Source: a virus. From it: 64,000 bases of DNA. The notes under the pieces are model-generated. The model ran no database searches and was not told where the DNA came from. It saw nothing but the letters and a program-made list of their open reading frames with translations. Positions 8,850-18,399 of the stretch are shown here, one piece after another; position 1 is the stretch's first letter, and each line of letters opens with the position of its first letter. Made by a program: the position numbers and the translations under genes. The stretch spans positions 32,001 through 96,000 of IMG/VR virus record IMGVR_UViG_3300032220_000699; one strand, 5' to 3'.

Positions 8850-11800
8850 TTATGCTTCTACGCTCTTTCTGGATAGGTTTACACCACCCTTAGGAATAGA
8901 TTTATCAGGCGCTGGCGGAGGAGTCTGTTGAGACTTTCCGGCGGCTAACTGTTTAAATGTATCAGCGTCAAATTTACCATCGATAGATGTAAGAATCTTA
9001 GCGATGAGATTTAACGCATCTAATTGATCTGTCATTAGTTTTTCTGAGTTCTTCGGATTCATAACTGAACTTTGTTGAGGCGCTGGTGCTTGTGCTGGTG
9101 CACTTGCTGGTGACGCTGTATCAACTGTTTTATACAAAGAACCTGATGATGTTTCAGGTTTATAAACGGCTTTATTAAGTTGTGCAACTTGAGATGAGTT
9201 AGAATTATTTTGTTGTTTAGGTGCATCGTTAGACGCAACTGTAATAGAAGGTTGTTTAGAAGTATCAGTAGAAGCAACTGTTGGTTTTGTTTCTGTAGCA
9301 GTAGTGTTACCTGCTGCATTTCCACCTCCACCTGCGGCTGCAATTTTCCCACTAACTTTCTGGACATATCCTTGAACACTAGCATCACCGATACCAGCTT
9401 TATTAGCAGCATAAGCATCACCACTAACAGCATTCTTCATCGGAGTATTTGGATCTTTCTTCAAGAAGTCGATAATCTTTCTTGCACCCGATGCACCGTA
9501 ATGATGTGCTAAGTAAATAGCTGTTGCTTCATCAATACCAGCAGACTGGTAATCTTTAAGACCTGCTAAGTTTTCCTTAGCGTATTCCATCGCCATTAAA
9601 GCATTGTAGTAATTATTATCCGGCTTAGCATCCGGAGGTAGACCATATTTAGGTCCATATTTTTTAACAAGTGCTTTCCATGTACCACCAACAATCTGGA
9701 AAAGACCTGTCGCAGAACTATTCTTGTTCTTAATGCTACCACCTTTACCGCTCGATTCCATTTGAGCGTAAGCTTTCATTGTTGCTTCATTCATTCCGGT
9801 CATCTTAGCTGCTTGTGTTATAGCGGCATCAGGACCAAGTTCAGCATACTTACCAACATCAGTAGCTGGGTTAGCCGGAGCAACATTTTCAGATTTCTCT
9901 AAAGGTTTATTAGAAGAATTAATTGTAGGTTTAGCTTCTGCGTCAGGATTACCACTACCTGTTGCTATGCTTCCAGCACTTCCGCCAGTTGTTGCAGCTT
10001 TAGCGTCAGTATTTGATTGTGTAGCTGTAGGAGAAGCAGCTCCGGTTATCTTTGGCTTATCACCGGGTGTTTCGCCAGGTTTACCACCCATACCAGGTTT
10101 AGGTTCTAAGTTAGGAGCTGGGCTATTCTTAATTGCCTTAGCAGGATCAATAGTTTCTCCACCAGCTTTGTTGTAAACAGAAAGTTGATATTGTACATCA
10201 CGTTTTTTAAGCGTAGAGTTATCTAAAGCACCATAACCGTCACCACCTTTACCAGGAGAAGACTGAATAGCACTAAATCTATAGTTTTGATCTTTCTTAG
10301 CTCTATTTGGGTCAAGAGAAACACCGATAGGTTCGATGTGCCACTTTTCACCACCGATAGGTCTAGTGAAACCATACTTACGCATTAAACCAAGTTTGTC
10401 AAGTTCATCAGCTTCTTTCGAGTTAATGTCAAGAGCCAAACCAAATTCATGTGTAGAATTACCAGGCTTAGCAGCTTTGCCAGGCATCTTAGCATAAAGT
10501 GCTGCTTGATCTTCGTATGATCTAAATGCTTCATTAACAGGAATTGTTTTACCAGTTAATGCGTTATATTCCTTAGCCATACCGGTAAAGAGTTCACGAA
10601 CATTAGGATCAAGATTATATATCTTTTCTTTTGCGAGCTTTGTACTAATACCTTCAAGAGAAGTAGTACCTGGATAAATTTCACCAGAAGCTTTAGTTAA
10701 CTTAGCAGCAGCCTTTGTTTCTGTCTTTTCACCAACACCAGTTTCAGTTTTTCCAGGAGGACTATCAGCTTCACCAGGAGACTGTTCTAAAGGTGGTTGT
10801 TTTGCAGGAGGAGGCGCTGGTTTAGTTTCTTCAGCTTTCTTCTGTTCTGGCTGTTGCTTTTGCGCAACTGCGGATTGCTTTGCTTTATTTTCAGCTTCGA
10901 TCTTCTTAGCCGTGTTAGGATCTTTTTGATTAGCTTGATCTTTACATTGATTAGTGATGTTTGTTAACATAGAGTCAACTTCATCTTTAGTTGAATAAAC
11001 CTTAGGATCATCAAAAGTCGGAACTTCTTGAATATCGTAAATAACCGTAGGAACACTGATACGTGTTACAAAGTTATAAACATCCAGAGGTTTCATCTTG
11101 TCAATTTCGTCAAGATAAATACTGTTATTAACACTATACAATGCTTGCATGAAAGCCTTATAAGCAGGCATAAATCTCTTAACAAACCATGTGTTAAGAA
11201 TCTTATATTTATCCTTTTCTTCGCGTTTTACCTTGAAGATATCTAGGATCTTATCAATATCATCGTTGTTAAGTTTATCTACTGTGACCTTATAGTCTTT
11301 AAACTTAACATAATCTTTCATCATCATTTCAAGATCGAAGACCTTGGAATAATGTTCTTTCTTCACATCGTTGAAACCATACATCAATAATCTTAAACGT
11401 GTTAACTTACCGCCAAGATCATCAGCCACATTGTTTCTTGTGAGATATTTATAAAGTTTATAACCGGCGTAAGCTGCTGTTGCGGCAGCTGCAATCCAGC
11501 CAACAGGACCTGTTGCTAGTGTTAAAGCGGCACGGCCTGCTAATTTTAAAGCTCCGCCAGCCATAGGTAACATAGCTCGGCCAGCGGTCTTAGCACCCTC
11601 CATAGCTACAGTTCCTATGGCTTTTAATCCACCACCAACTAACTTAGATGTTAATTTGGCTATAGTTGAACCAAGGGCTGGAACAAGACTCATCATGGTT
11701 TTGCCTAGGCCTTTAACAACAAAACCACCTAAATAACCAATTGACTTACCAAAGCCCTTTAAAAGAAAACCGCCGAGACCGCCTAGTGCTTTACCAATCA

Positions 11801-12398
11801 AACCACCAACAGCACCAACTGCTCCAAGAATTTTTCCAAGCCAAGAACTTTTTTCTTTCTTTTTGGAATTTTCTTGAACAGCCTTCTTTTCTTCCTCGAT
11901 CTCTTTCTTTCGCCTTTCGGCGCGTTCGTTTGTTTTACTGAACATTTTACTAAATGCAGATTCTTTCTTTTCAGATTTAGCTTCTGCATTAGCATTGTTC
12001 ATTTCTGTCTGGCTCTTTTCCTGCTCTGTTCTAGATTCTTCAGGAGGACTTACACCAGTTTCATTTTCCTTCTTAAATAGATTTGTAAGCTTAGATTGAA
12101 TATCTGTTGCCTTGGCTTTAGCTGTTTCTAAAAAGCCTTTTTGTTTGGATTCTTCTTTAAAGTTTTTAGCCTTTTCTAAAAACTCTTTTCCTTTTCCTTT
12201 TACATTTTCAATACTTGCACCAACGTCAATATTTCTTTTCTTAAGCATTTTATCAAGAGCATTAAAAATATTTTCAGCTCTTTCAATACTCTGTTTAATG
12301 AATATAACAACGTTTGAATCTTTGTGTTTTTTAAACACAGATTTGGTTGCACCTCTAAAGGCTGCATTCAAATCTTCAAATAAGCTTTTCTCAGCCAT
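8850..12398 (-). CDS. Tail-associated peptidoglycan hydrolase: M15 zinc peptidase plus lytic transglycosylase (C-terminal half of phiKZ gp181-like)
   Basis: FRSYEDQ...AKPGNSTHEFGLALD...EKWH (M15); AQMESS...SSATGLFQIVGGTW...IYLAHHYGASGA (SLT/GH23-like); P/A/T-rich linkers. Confidence 0.85.
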   Translation of the reverse strand: MAEKSLFEDLNAAFRGATKSVFKKHKDSNVVIFIKQSIERAENIFNALDKMLKKRNIDVGASIENVKGKGKEFLEKAKNFKEESKQKGFLETAKAKATDIQSKLTNLFKKENETGVSPPEESRTEQEKSQTEMNNANAEAKSEKKESAFSKMFSKTNERAERRKKEIEEEKKAVQENSKKKEKSSWLGKILGAVGAVGGLIGKALGGLGGFLLKGFGKSIGYLGGFVVKGLGKTMMSLVPALGSTIAKLTSKLVGGGLKAIGTVAMEGAKTAGRAMLPMAGGALKLAGRAALTLATGPVGWIAAAATAAYAGYKLYKYLTRNNVADDLGGKLTRLRLLMYGFNDVKKEHYSKVFDLEMMMKDYVKFKDYKVTVDKLNNDDIDKILDIFKVKREEKDKYKILNTWFVKRFMPAYKAFMQALYSVNNSIYLDEIDKMKPLDVYNFVTRISVPTVIYDIQEVPTFDDPKVYSTKDEVDSMLTNITNQCKDQANQKDPNTAKKIEAENKAKQSAVAQKQQPEQKKAEETKPAPPPAKQPPLEQSPGEADSPPGKTETGVGEKTETKAAAKLTKASGEIYPGTTSLEGISTKLAKEKIYNLDPNVRELFTGMAKEYNALTGKTIPVNEAFRSYEDQAALYAKMPGKAAKPGNSTHEFGLALDINSKEADELDKLGLMRKYGFTRPIGGEKWHIEPIGVSLDPNRAKKDQNYRFSAIQSSPGKGGDGYGALDNSTLKKRDVQYQLSVYNKAGGETIDPAKAIKNSPAPNLEPKPGMGGKPGETPGDKPKITGAASPTATQSNTDAKAATTGGSAGSIATGSGNPDAEAKPTINSSNKPLEKSENVAPANPATDVGKYAELGPDAAITQAAKMTGMNEATMKAYAQMESSGKGGSIKNKNSSATGLFQIVGGTWKALVKKYGPKYGLPPDAKPDNNYYNALMAMEYAKENLAGLKDYQSAGIDEATAIYLAHHYGASGARKIIDFLKKDPNTPMKNAVSGDAYAANKAGIGDASVQGYVQKVSGKIAAAGGGGNAAGNTTATETKPTVASTDTSKQPSITVASNDAPKQQNNSNSSQVAQLNKAVYKPETSSGSLYKTVDTASPASAPAQAPAPQQSSVMNPKNSEKLMTDQLDALNLIAKILTSIDGKFDADTFKQLAAGKSQQTPPPAPDKSIPKGGVNLSRKSVEA

Positions 12399-12427
12399 GG
12401 TAATCCTTTTCAGTAATAAGTGTACTG

Positions 12428-12434
12428 GGTCAAA
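12428..12434 (-). promoter_or_regulatory. Late-type motif TTTGACC inside an 11-bp hairpin
   Basis: 36 nt before 12398. Confidence 0.55.
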
Positions 12435-12457
12435 AAATGACCCAGTACACTTTATGT

Positions 12458-15400
12458 TTAAATAGTAGCTGCTTCAGCTGCCTTAACTTCATCCTCAAAT
12501 TCTTTAAGGGTCGCTTTAGCCTTAGCGATAAATGTTCTAAATGGTTGAATAGCTTGTTGGCTAAACTCAGTCATTGTCTGTACATTTGTATCGATATTAG
12601 CTATACCATTTCTACTTTCATGAAGAGTTCCTTTGAATTTCTTCAATAAGGCAATTTCTTTTTTCTTTGCCTGAACCATTGTTTTCGTACCTTCACGCAT
12701 AACACTATCTAGAGAATTCTCACTAACATTTTCTCTAACACTTGCTGCAAGTTCGCTTAGTTTAGCTTCTTCTTCTCGAAGAGTAGCTTCTTCAGCTGCA
12801 ATTAGTGAATCAATTTTTCTAATATAGTTGTCAGCCATTTCTAGCATTTTCTTTTTGGCGTTCTCTTTAACACCAGGACCATCTTTTTTAATTAGGTCAT
12901 CAATTTGTTTTTGTAATCCATTAAGAGACTTAGTCACATTCTTATAAGCTTCTTTAGCTGATTCTTGAGATTGTTCTGAAACAGATTTAAGCATAGATTT
13001 AACAGCACTCTTCATGCCATCGAAACCTTCAGCTTCATTAATATCTTTACTAAACTTTGATCCTATATCAGTAAACTTACTTAAATGTTTACCAAACGCA
13101 CTTTTTTCTGTTATATCAATAATATCTAATTTTGATCTTGCTTCTAAAGCTTTTTTAACAGCTCTACTACCTCGCTTAGAAAGTGCTTTAAGTTCACCAG
13201 CGTCAACTAAAGCTTCATCTTTATTATCTTTACCTAACTTACCTTCAACTAAATTAGTTATACCTAATTGACCTGAATCTTGAAGATCAGAATCATAGTC
13301 GTGAAGTATTTGGAATGTATCTGGATTAAATTCAAAACTATTAAATAAACTTTCATTAACCATTGAAATGAAAAGTGTTATTTGTGAATTTTTATATGTG
13401 TCGTCTTCAGCTTGAATTTGACGACACTGCGGAATAAATACTTCAAGATAAGGGAAACAAACGGACTTATCTTTTTCTGGTATAAAAGCAAAACATGTTG
13501 CATCACATATACTGCTTAAAGTTATTGGTTTATTTCTTCCGTGCATGTAAGCAACTAAAGCTTTAGAAATTAAGTTAGCTGCATCACCCTTTACATTATT
13601 AAGAGTTTTACTACCAACTAATCTGGAAGCTTCTCGGAATAATTCTATCACACCGAGAGTAGGATAAATTCTTCTAGAATCTTTAACTCTTTCATTAAGA
13701 TTAGAATTCTTTTTGGAAAGATTAAGGGATTGCAATGTTTCTACATATTGTTTTAGTTTTGGATTCTTTTCAACAATTGCTTTTAATCCTGGGTCTTTAT
13801 CTATATTTGTAACAACATTGTCATAATTGAAGTCTTTGGCATCTATCTTTGTACTTGCCATAGACATAAATTCTTGAAAGGATTTTTGATTTCCTTTATT
13901 AGAAAGGATTTTATATGCTTCTTTATCTGTCTTTTTATCGACAGAAGATAGAGCTAATGAATTAATATTATCAGCTGCAGAAGTAATCTTCTTAGATTCT
14001 TTACCAGTGTCTTTAAAAACAGCCTGATCTACAGCAGCTTTAAATTCAGCCTTTGTTGAAAGTTTTCTATCAACATAGTTATAGACTTGTTCTTCTTTGT
14101 CAGAAAAGTTTTTAAGTTTACCTAAGTTAACAGTTTTATACATTAATCTTAAATTAGTATTTTCACTTAAGATTTTAGCAAGATACATCGGTATAACTTC
14201 TGTGATACTACGATGAACCTTATTATCAAATATAGCAGGTTTATTATGGTCAAGTATATTTTTCTTCTTAACCTCAAATCTCTGCATGTTAGGATCAGTT
14301 GCGCTTAAGAGTTCATCGGCGCCGCCTAACAATTTACTAGCAAGGAAACGTAACGGTGTTCCTTCATCCTGATAATTTTCTTTAGCTGATTGTGTTTTAC
14401 CACGAAGCATAGAAAAGAAAGTTCTCGGAGAATTAGCCATCATGTTAAGATAGTTTCCACCTGCCTTAACATATTTATTATCTTTGGTCTTAGATCCAAG
14501 TTTATCGCCTAACCAGTTGCCGGCCTTTTCACCAAGAATACCGCCACCCATGCCAGACATAATACCACCGAGTACACGACCACCGCCGCCACTCATTTCA
14601 CCAGCCTGATTAATGCCTGATAAAGCATCAGTGACATTATCAACATTATCTGTTATACTACTAATTTTTTCATTAATAATATTAGTCATTCTCTTCTTTA
14701 CATTCTGCATATACTCAGAATTAGAAAAGAGTTGTTTGTATGTATTTTGAATGAACTGTGTTCTCATTAATTCAGAGACACGTTCAGATGTTTGAAGTTT
14801 AACAAAATCAGGAAGGGCTGTGTTCTTCTTAATTTCTTCAAACTGAATAGAGAAACCTTTGTAATAGTCTCTCATGTCTTTAAGCATATCTGCTTGAACA
14901 AAATAACTCTTGTATTGAAGTTCAAGTGACTTACGATAATATTCTTTACTAATCTGTAAAGTGAAAGCTGTTTGATTAGAAAGATTATTGTCAATACTAG
15001 TAAGAACATCTAGATTGACTTTACTAATTGCTAGATTTTGTTTTCTATCAGCTTGATCTTCTGCACTTCTCTTAGATTCAATAGCCTTGGTAATTTCAAG
15101 TTGCTTATCAAAGATAGAACTAAGATTAGATTGAATATTACCTTCACGAATTTGCTCTTCTGTCTGAGACTTAAATGCCTCAAAATCACTTTCATATTTC
15201 TGTAAAAAATTATCAAGCATCTTGGACTGGAATGGAAGAATCTTCTTAACTTCCTTACCAAGACTATAAAGGCTTTTATTAATTTTACCCTTACTTGCTT
15301 GAAATGTTTCTTTAGCAAAATCAGCATATTCTACTGCTGTATAATAATTATCTTTATAAGAATCCGGGAGTGCTTTCTCAGCAGCTTTTCTGGCGGTTGA

Positions 15401-15586
15401 GTCTAAGAAACCTTGACCAGCTTCTTTTGCCATTTCTTTGGCAATTTCACTAGTTGAAGGTTTTCTAGAAGACATATCAACATCTTCTAATCCTCCAAAA
15501 TCCATACCACCATCTGCTTCGAGATCGTCTAAATCTCCGAAATCTAAATCATTATCTAGATCTTTATTGCCTGACTTCTTCTTCAT
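12458..15586 (-). CDS. Large helical tail protein (N-terminal half of phiKZ gp181-like; tape-measure-like)
   Basis: Acidic D/F-rich N-terminus, coiled coils, Gly-rich segment; divergent from vRNAP beta' as gp181 is from gp180; start moved to 15586 (AAGGA RBS, late motif 26 nt upstream). Confidence 0.65.
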   Translation of the reverse strand: MKKKSGNKDLDNDLDFGDLDDLEADGGMDFGGLEDVDMSSRKPSTSEIAKEMAKEAGQGFLDSTARKAAEKALPDSYKDNYYTAVEYADFAKETFQASKGKINKSLYSLGKEVKKILPFQSKMLDNFLQKYESDFEAFKSQTEEQIREGNIQSNLSSIFDKQLEITKAIESKRSAEDQADRKQNLAISKVNLDVLTSIDNNLSNQTAFTLQISKEYYRKSLELQYKSYFVQADMLKDMRDYYKGFSIQFEEIKKNTALPDFVKLQTSERVSELMRTQFIQNTYKQLFSNSEYMQNVKKRMTNIINEKISSITDNVDNVTDALSGINQAGEMSGGGGRVLGGIMSGMGGGILGEKAGNWLGDKLGSKTKDNKYVKAGGNYLNMMANSPRTFFSMLRGKTQSAKENYQDEGTPLRFLASKLLGGADELLSATDPNMQRFEVKKKNILDHNKPAIFDNKVHRSITEVIPMYLAKILSENTNLRLMYKTVNLGKLKNFSDKEEQVYNYVDRKLSTKAEFKAAVDQAVFKDTGKESKKITSAADNINSLALSSVDKKTDKEAYKILSNKGNQKSFQEFMSMASTKIDAKDFNYDNVVTNIDKDPGLKAIVEKNPKLKQYVETLQSLNLSKKNSNLNERVKDSRRIYPTLGVIELFREASRLVGSKTLNNVKGDAANLISKALVAYMHGRNKPITLSSICDATCFAFIPEKDKSVCFPYLEVFIPQCRQIQAEDDTYKNSQITLFISMVNESLFNSFEFNPDTFQILHDYDSDLQDSGQLGITNLVEGKLGKDNKDEALVDAGELKALSKRGSRAVKKALEARSKLDIIDITEKSAFGKHLSKFTDIGSKFSKDINEAEGFDGMKSAVKSMLKSVSEQSQESAKEAYKNVTKSLNGLQKQIDDLIKKDGPGVKENAKKKMLEMADNYIRKIDSLIAAEEATLREEEAKLSELAASVRENVSENSLDSVMREGTKTMVQAKKKEIALLKKFKGTLHESRNGIANIDTNVQTMTEFSQQAIQPFRTFIAKAKATLKEFEDEVKAAEAATI

Positions 15587-15605
15587 GACAATCCTTAATT
15601 TCATT

Positions 15606-15612
15606 GGTCAAA
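15606..15612 (-). promoter_or_regulatory. Late-type motif TTTGACC
   Basis: 26 nt before 15586. Confidence 0.6.
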
Positions 15613-15671
15613 CGATAAAACAAAAAAAGAAAAAAAAAAACACCAGTGGCAAGCTGGTGTCCTTTAAACTG

Positions 15672-16121
15672 TTACCTCAGTTTCTTCAAAGCGTAGTTTT
15701 CCCAATACTCACGGTACTTACCACCTTTATCGGCAACAATCTTTTCCAGTTTCTTTTGGACTTCATTCCCACGACGCCACACAGACCCGTCATCAGAATA
15801 GTCATAATGCCAATCGTGGGCGAGACAGATGCGACGAAATTCATCAAACTCGTCGTCACCTGTTGCGAAAGCACGATCAGAAACTTGTTGCAAATGTTCA
15901 CGCTGATTATCAAGAGCTTTCTGAACAGCGTTGTTGATAACCGCACCCATTCGGTACTTCATGGTATGCAGAAAAATGTTGATGAAGTGAATACCACCAT
16001 GTTTGGCTTCAGTAAAGAGCTTATAAAACTCTTCAATATAAGCAAACAACGTATAGTAGCTGTCAGCTTCATGAGGCATCCTGCTTTGATTCATACGAGA
16101 GATAAAAGTATCACGGTCCAT
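15672..16121 (-). CDS. Hypothetical protein, 149 aa, with HDWHYDYSDDxxVWRRG motif
   Basis: GAGGAG RBS, own early-type promoter and terminator. Confidence 0.75.
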   Translation of the reverse strand: MDRDTFISRMNQSRMPHEADSYYTLFAYIEEFYKLFTEAKHGGIHFINIFLHTMKYRMGAVINNAVQKALDNQREHLQQVSDRAFATGDDEFDEFRRICLAHDWHYDYSDDGSVWRRGNEVQKKLEKIVADKGGKYREYWENYALKKLR

Positions 16122-16180
16122 TTGTACTACTCCTCGGCTCTAGGGATAAGAATTCTTAGCTGAGAGCCATGACTAAGAAT

Positions 16181-16209
16181 TAAGTTCAATAAGTATATAT
16201 GTAACTATA
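16181..16209. repeat. 29-bp exact repeat, copy 1
   Basis: taagttcaataagtatatatgtaactata, identical to 48206..48234. Confidence 0.9.
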
Positions 16210-16217
16210 AAAAATTC
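16194..16217 (-). promoter_or_regulatory. Early-type promoter GA-N14-CATATATA
   Basis: 73 nt before 16121; 9-bp leader hairpin. Confidence 0.8.
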
Positions 16218-16232
16218 AAAATGTGGTCATTT

Positions 16233-16239
16233 TTTGACT
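16233..16239 (+). promoter_or_regulatory. Late-type motif TTTGACT
   Basis: 25 nt before vRNAP beta' start. Confidence 0.6.
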
Positions 16240-16257
16240 GAATAAAAGGATCTAAAT

Positions 16258-17892
16258 ATGGATGCCACATCTTTAAAGAAATTGCCTGTCAACTTAGACT
16301 TACTTATGGTTACAGAGCAAGACAAAGTACGAGTCGGTGAAGTCACCGATATGCAAATTTTTGACAACACAAATAACTTTCACCCTCAAGGATTATTTAG
16401 TACAACTATTTTCGGTAACATCGGAACTGAATTTAGAAATAGAACATTTGGTTATATTGACTTAAAGACAGAAGTTCTTCATCCATTAATCTATTTTGCA
16501 GTTATCTCGTTAAAGGCTTTTTACAAGCAAATACTAGACGGCACAACAACAGCTGAATGGGATGCTAAGACAAAGTCTTTTATTAAATCAAATTCAGACG
16601 AAGCAAGAACTGGTTATACTTTCTTTGTTGAACATATTGAACAACTTGTCTTTGAAAAGAATGAATCAGAAAAACGTTCTTTCTTAATTGATCTATTTAA
16701 TAAAGCGATTAAAGAACAAAAGTATAAGATGCGATATCTTCTTGTTCTTCCTGCTGGTATCCGTGATTATTCTGTTGATGATAACGGTAAACCACAAGAA
16801 GATGAAATTAATAAGTTTTATCGTAAGGTGTTATTCCAGTCAAGTATTATTGATCCTATTATTTCTAAGAAGTCTCCTGAGGTTTATGACAATATTCGTA
16901 ATAGCTTGCAGAAGATTACACTAGATCTATTTGATTATATTAAGAGTTTACTTGAAGGTAAACACAAACTTATTTTAGGTAAGTGGTTAACTCGTAAGAT
17001 CTTTAATTCAACTCGTAATGTTCTTTCCAATCCGATCGAACGTGCTAACAATATTAATGATCCTAATCGATTAGGTTATAATGAATCGTATATTGGTCTT
17101 CATCAATTCTTGAGAGCTATTGCTCCTAAGACTTTATACGAGATCAAAAACACATACATTAAAGATATCTTTATTGAAAATAATAGTTTTGCTTATTTAA
17201 CGAATGTTAAAACACTGAAGCGTGAAGAAGTAATGAACACGCATATTCAGAAAGACTATGACCTATGGACTTCGTTAGAAGGTCTTGAAAAAGTTATTGG
17301 TAACTTTGCTAACTTAGATCTTCGTCATTTACCTATTACATTGAATAAAGGTAAACACTACCTTGGTCTTGTTTATAAGGATGGTAAGTATTTTAAATTC
17401 TTGCAAGATATAGATTCTGTTCCTGAAGGATTTGATAAGTCTAAAGTTACACCTGTCACTATGGCAGAGTTTCTTTACATGTCTATTTATAGTTTATCAG
17501 GTAAGTATCCTGGTCTCATTACTCGTTATCCTATCACTGGTTATGGTTCTATCTATCCTTGTTTCCTTAAACTCAAAACAACCAACACTTCTGAAAGTTT
17601 AGAAGAGCTTGATTTTGAATGGAAACCTACAGGAAGACTTGCATCGTGTTTCCCTATTAGAGATAAAGATTTCTTTAATACAATTGCGGCACATACTTCT
17701 CACTATAAAGCTATGACGGCTGACGTAGACGGTGACGCTCTTTCTATTATTGGCTTGACAACTGATGAAGCTATTCAAGAAGTTCAAGATTACTTAACAA
17801 GGAAGGAATACTACATTTCTTCTGACAATCGTTTCCACTTTAGTATTAGTCAAGACACTATTGACGCAGTACTGAACTATATGACAGCCTAA
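16258..17892 (+). CDS. Virion RNA polymerase beta' subunit, N-terminal/catalytic part (phiKZ gp180-like)
   Basis: FHPQGLFSTTIFG, FGYIDL, LLVLPAGIRD, ITRYP and catalytic ADVDGD near the C-terminus. Confidence 0.9.
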   Translation: MDATSLKKLPVNLDLLMVTEQDKVRVGEVTDMQIFDNTNNFHPQGLFSTTIFGNIGTEFRNRTFGYIDLKTEVLHPLIYFAVISLKAFYKQILDGTTTAEWDAKTKSFIKSNSDEARTGYTFFVEHIEQLVFEKNESEKRSFLIDLFNKAIKEQKYKMRYLLVLPAGIRDYSVDDNGKPQEDEINKFYRKVLFQSSIIDPIISKKSPEVYDNIRNSLQKITLDLFDYIKSLLEGKHKLILGKWLTRKIFNSTRNVLSNPIERANNINDPNRLGYNESYIGLHQFLRAIAPKTLYEIKNTYIKDIFIENNSFAYLTNVKTLKREEVMNTHIQKDYDLWTSLEGLEKVIGNFANLDLRHLPITLNKGKHYLGLVYKDGKYFKFLQDIDSVPEGFDKSKVTPVTMAEFLYMSIYSLSGKYPGLITRYPITGYGSIYPCFLKLKTTNTSESLEELDFEWKPTGRLASCFPIRDKDFFNTIAAHTSHYKAMTADVDGDALSIIGLTTDEAIQEVQDYLTRKEYYISSDNRFHFSISQDTIDAVLNYMTA

Positions 17893-17923
17893 AGAAGAGA
17901 GAGGGATATCCCTCTCTCTTCTT
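17892..17923. terminator. Bidirectional terminator
   Basis: Purine/pyrimidine inverted repeat between convergent genes. Confidence 0.8.
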
Positions 17924-17927
17924 ATTT

Positions 17928-18158
17928 TTACAAATCAGGTTGTTTGTGTTCTGGGAGAGCATCCATCTTATCAGCATGCTCTCTAGCAATTCTTACAATC
18001 TCAGGATCACCACCGTCTTTTTCTACTTCATCTGCCCAGAATCGGACAGTTTTACTTGCATGTTTATCTTTACCTAAAAGAAGAAAGACTGGCATGTCCT
18101 CAGGAATCTTGTTCTCAGGATCTTGAATACGATTGTAGTCTTCACGAGCATGTAACAT
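17928..18158 (-). CDS. Small helical protein with PVFLLLGKD motif (possible nucleotide-sponge family)
   Basis: AAGGAG RBS; family link is from memory only. Confidence 0.6.
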   Translation of the reverse strand: MLHAREDYNRIQDPENKIPEDMPVFLLLGKDKHASKTVRFWADEVEKDGGDPEIVRIAREHADKMDALPEHKQPDL

Positions 18159-18161
18159 GAC

Positions 18162-18359
18162 TTACTCCTTATCTTTTAAACTAGACTCATAGATAATTCG
18201 TTTACCTAATTGAATCAATTCTTCACCTAGTTCTTTTGGAGAAATTGTTTTTTTAACATTGATAGCACGCCACTGCTGATTATTGAACAAAACACGTAGA
18301 CTACTCATGTCGCCTGTCTTTACCACTTCAATATCTTCTACAACACTAATAGCAGTCAT
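18162..18359 (-). CDS. Hypothetical protein, 65 aa
   Basis: AGGAG RBS. Confidence 0.65.
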   Translation of the reverse strand: MTAISVVEDIEVVKTGDMSSLRVLFNNQQWRAINVKKTISPKELGEELIQLGKRIIYESSLKDKE

Positions 18360-18399
18360 TGTAATCTCCTAGTTAATTTCATAAAGTTTAGAATAAAAT

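Noticed and set aside
12398-12460. Readthrough or frameshift fusing the two gp181-like ORFs
   Set aside because: 59-nt out-of-frame gap; the second ORF has its own RBS and late motif
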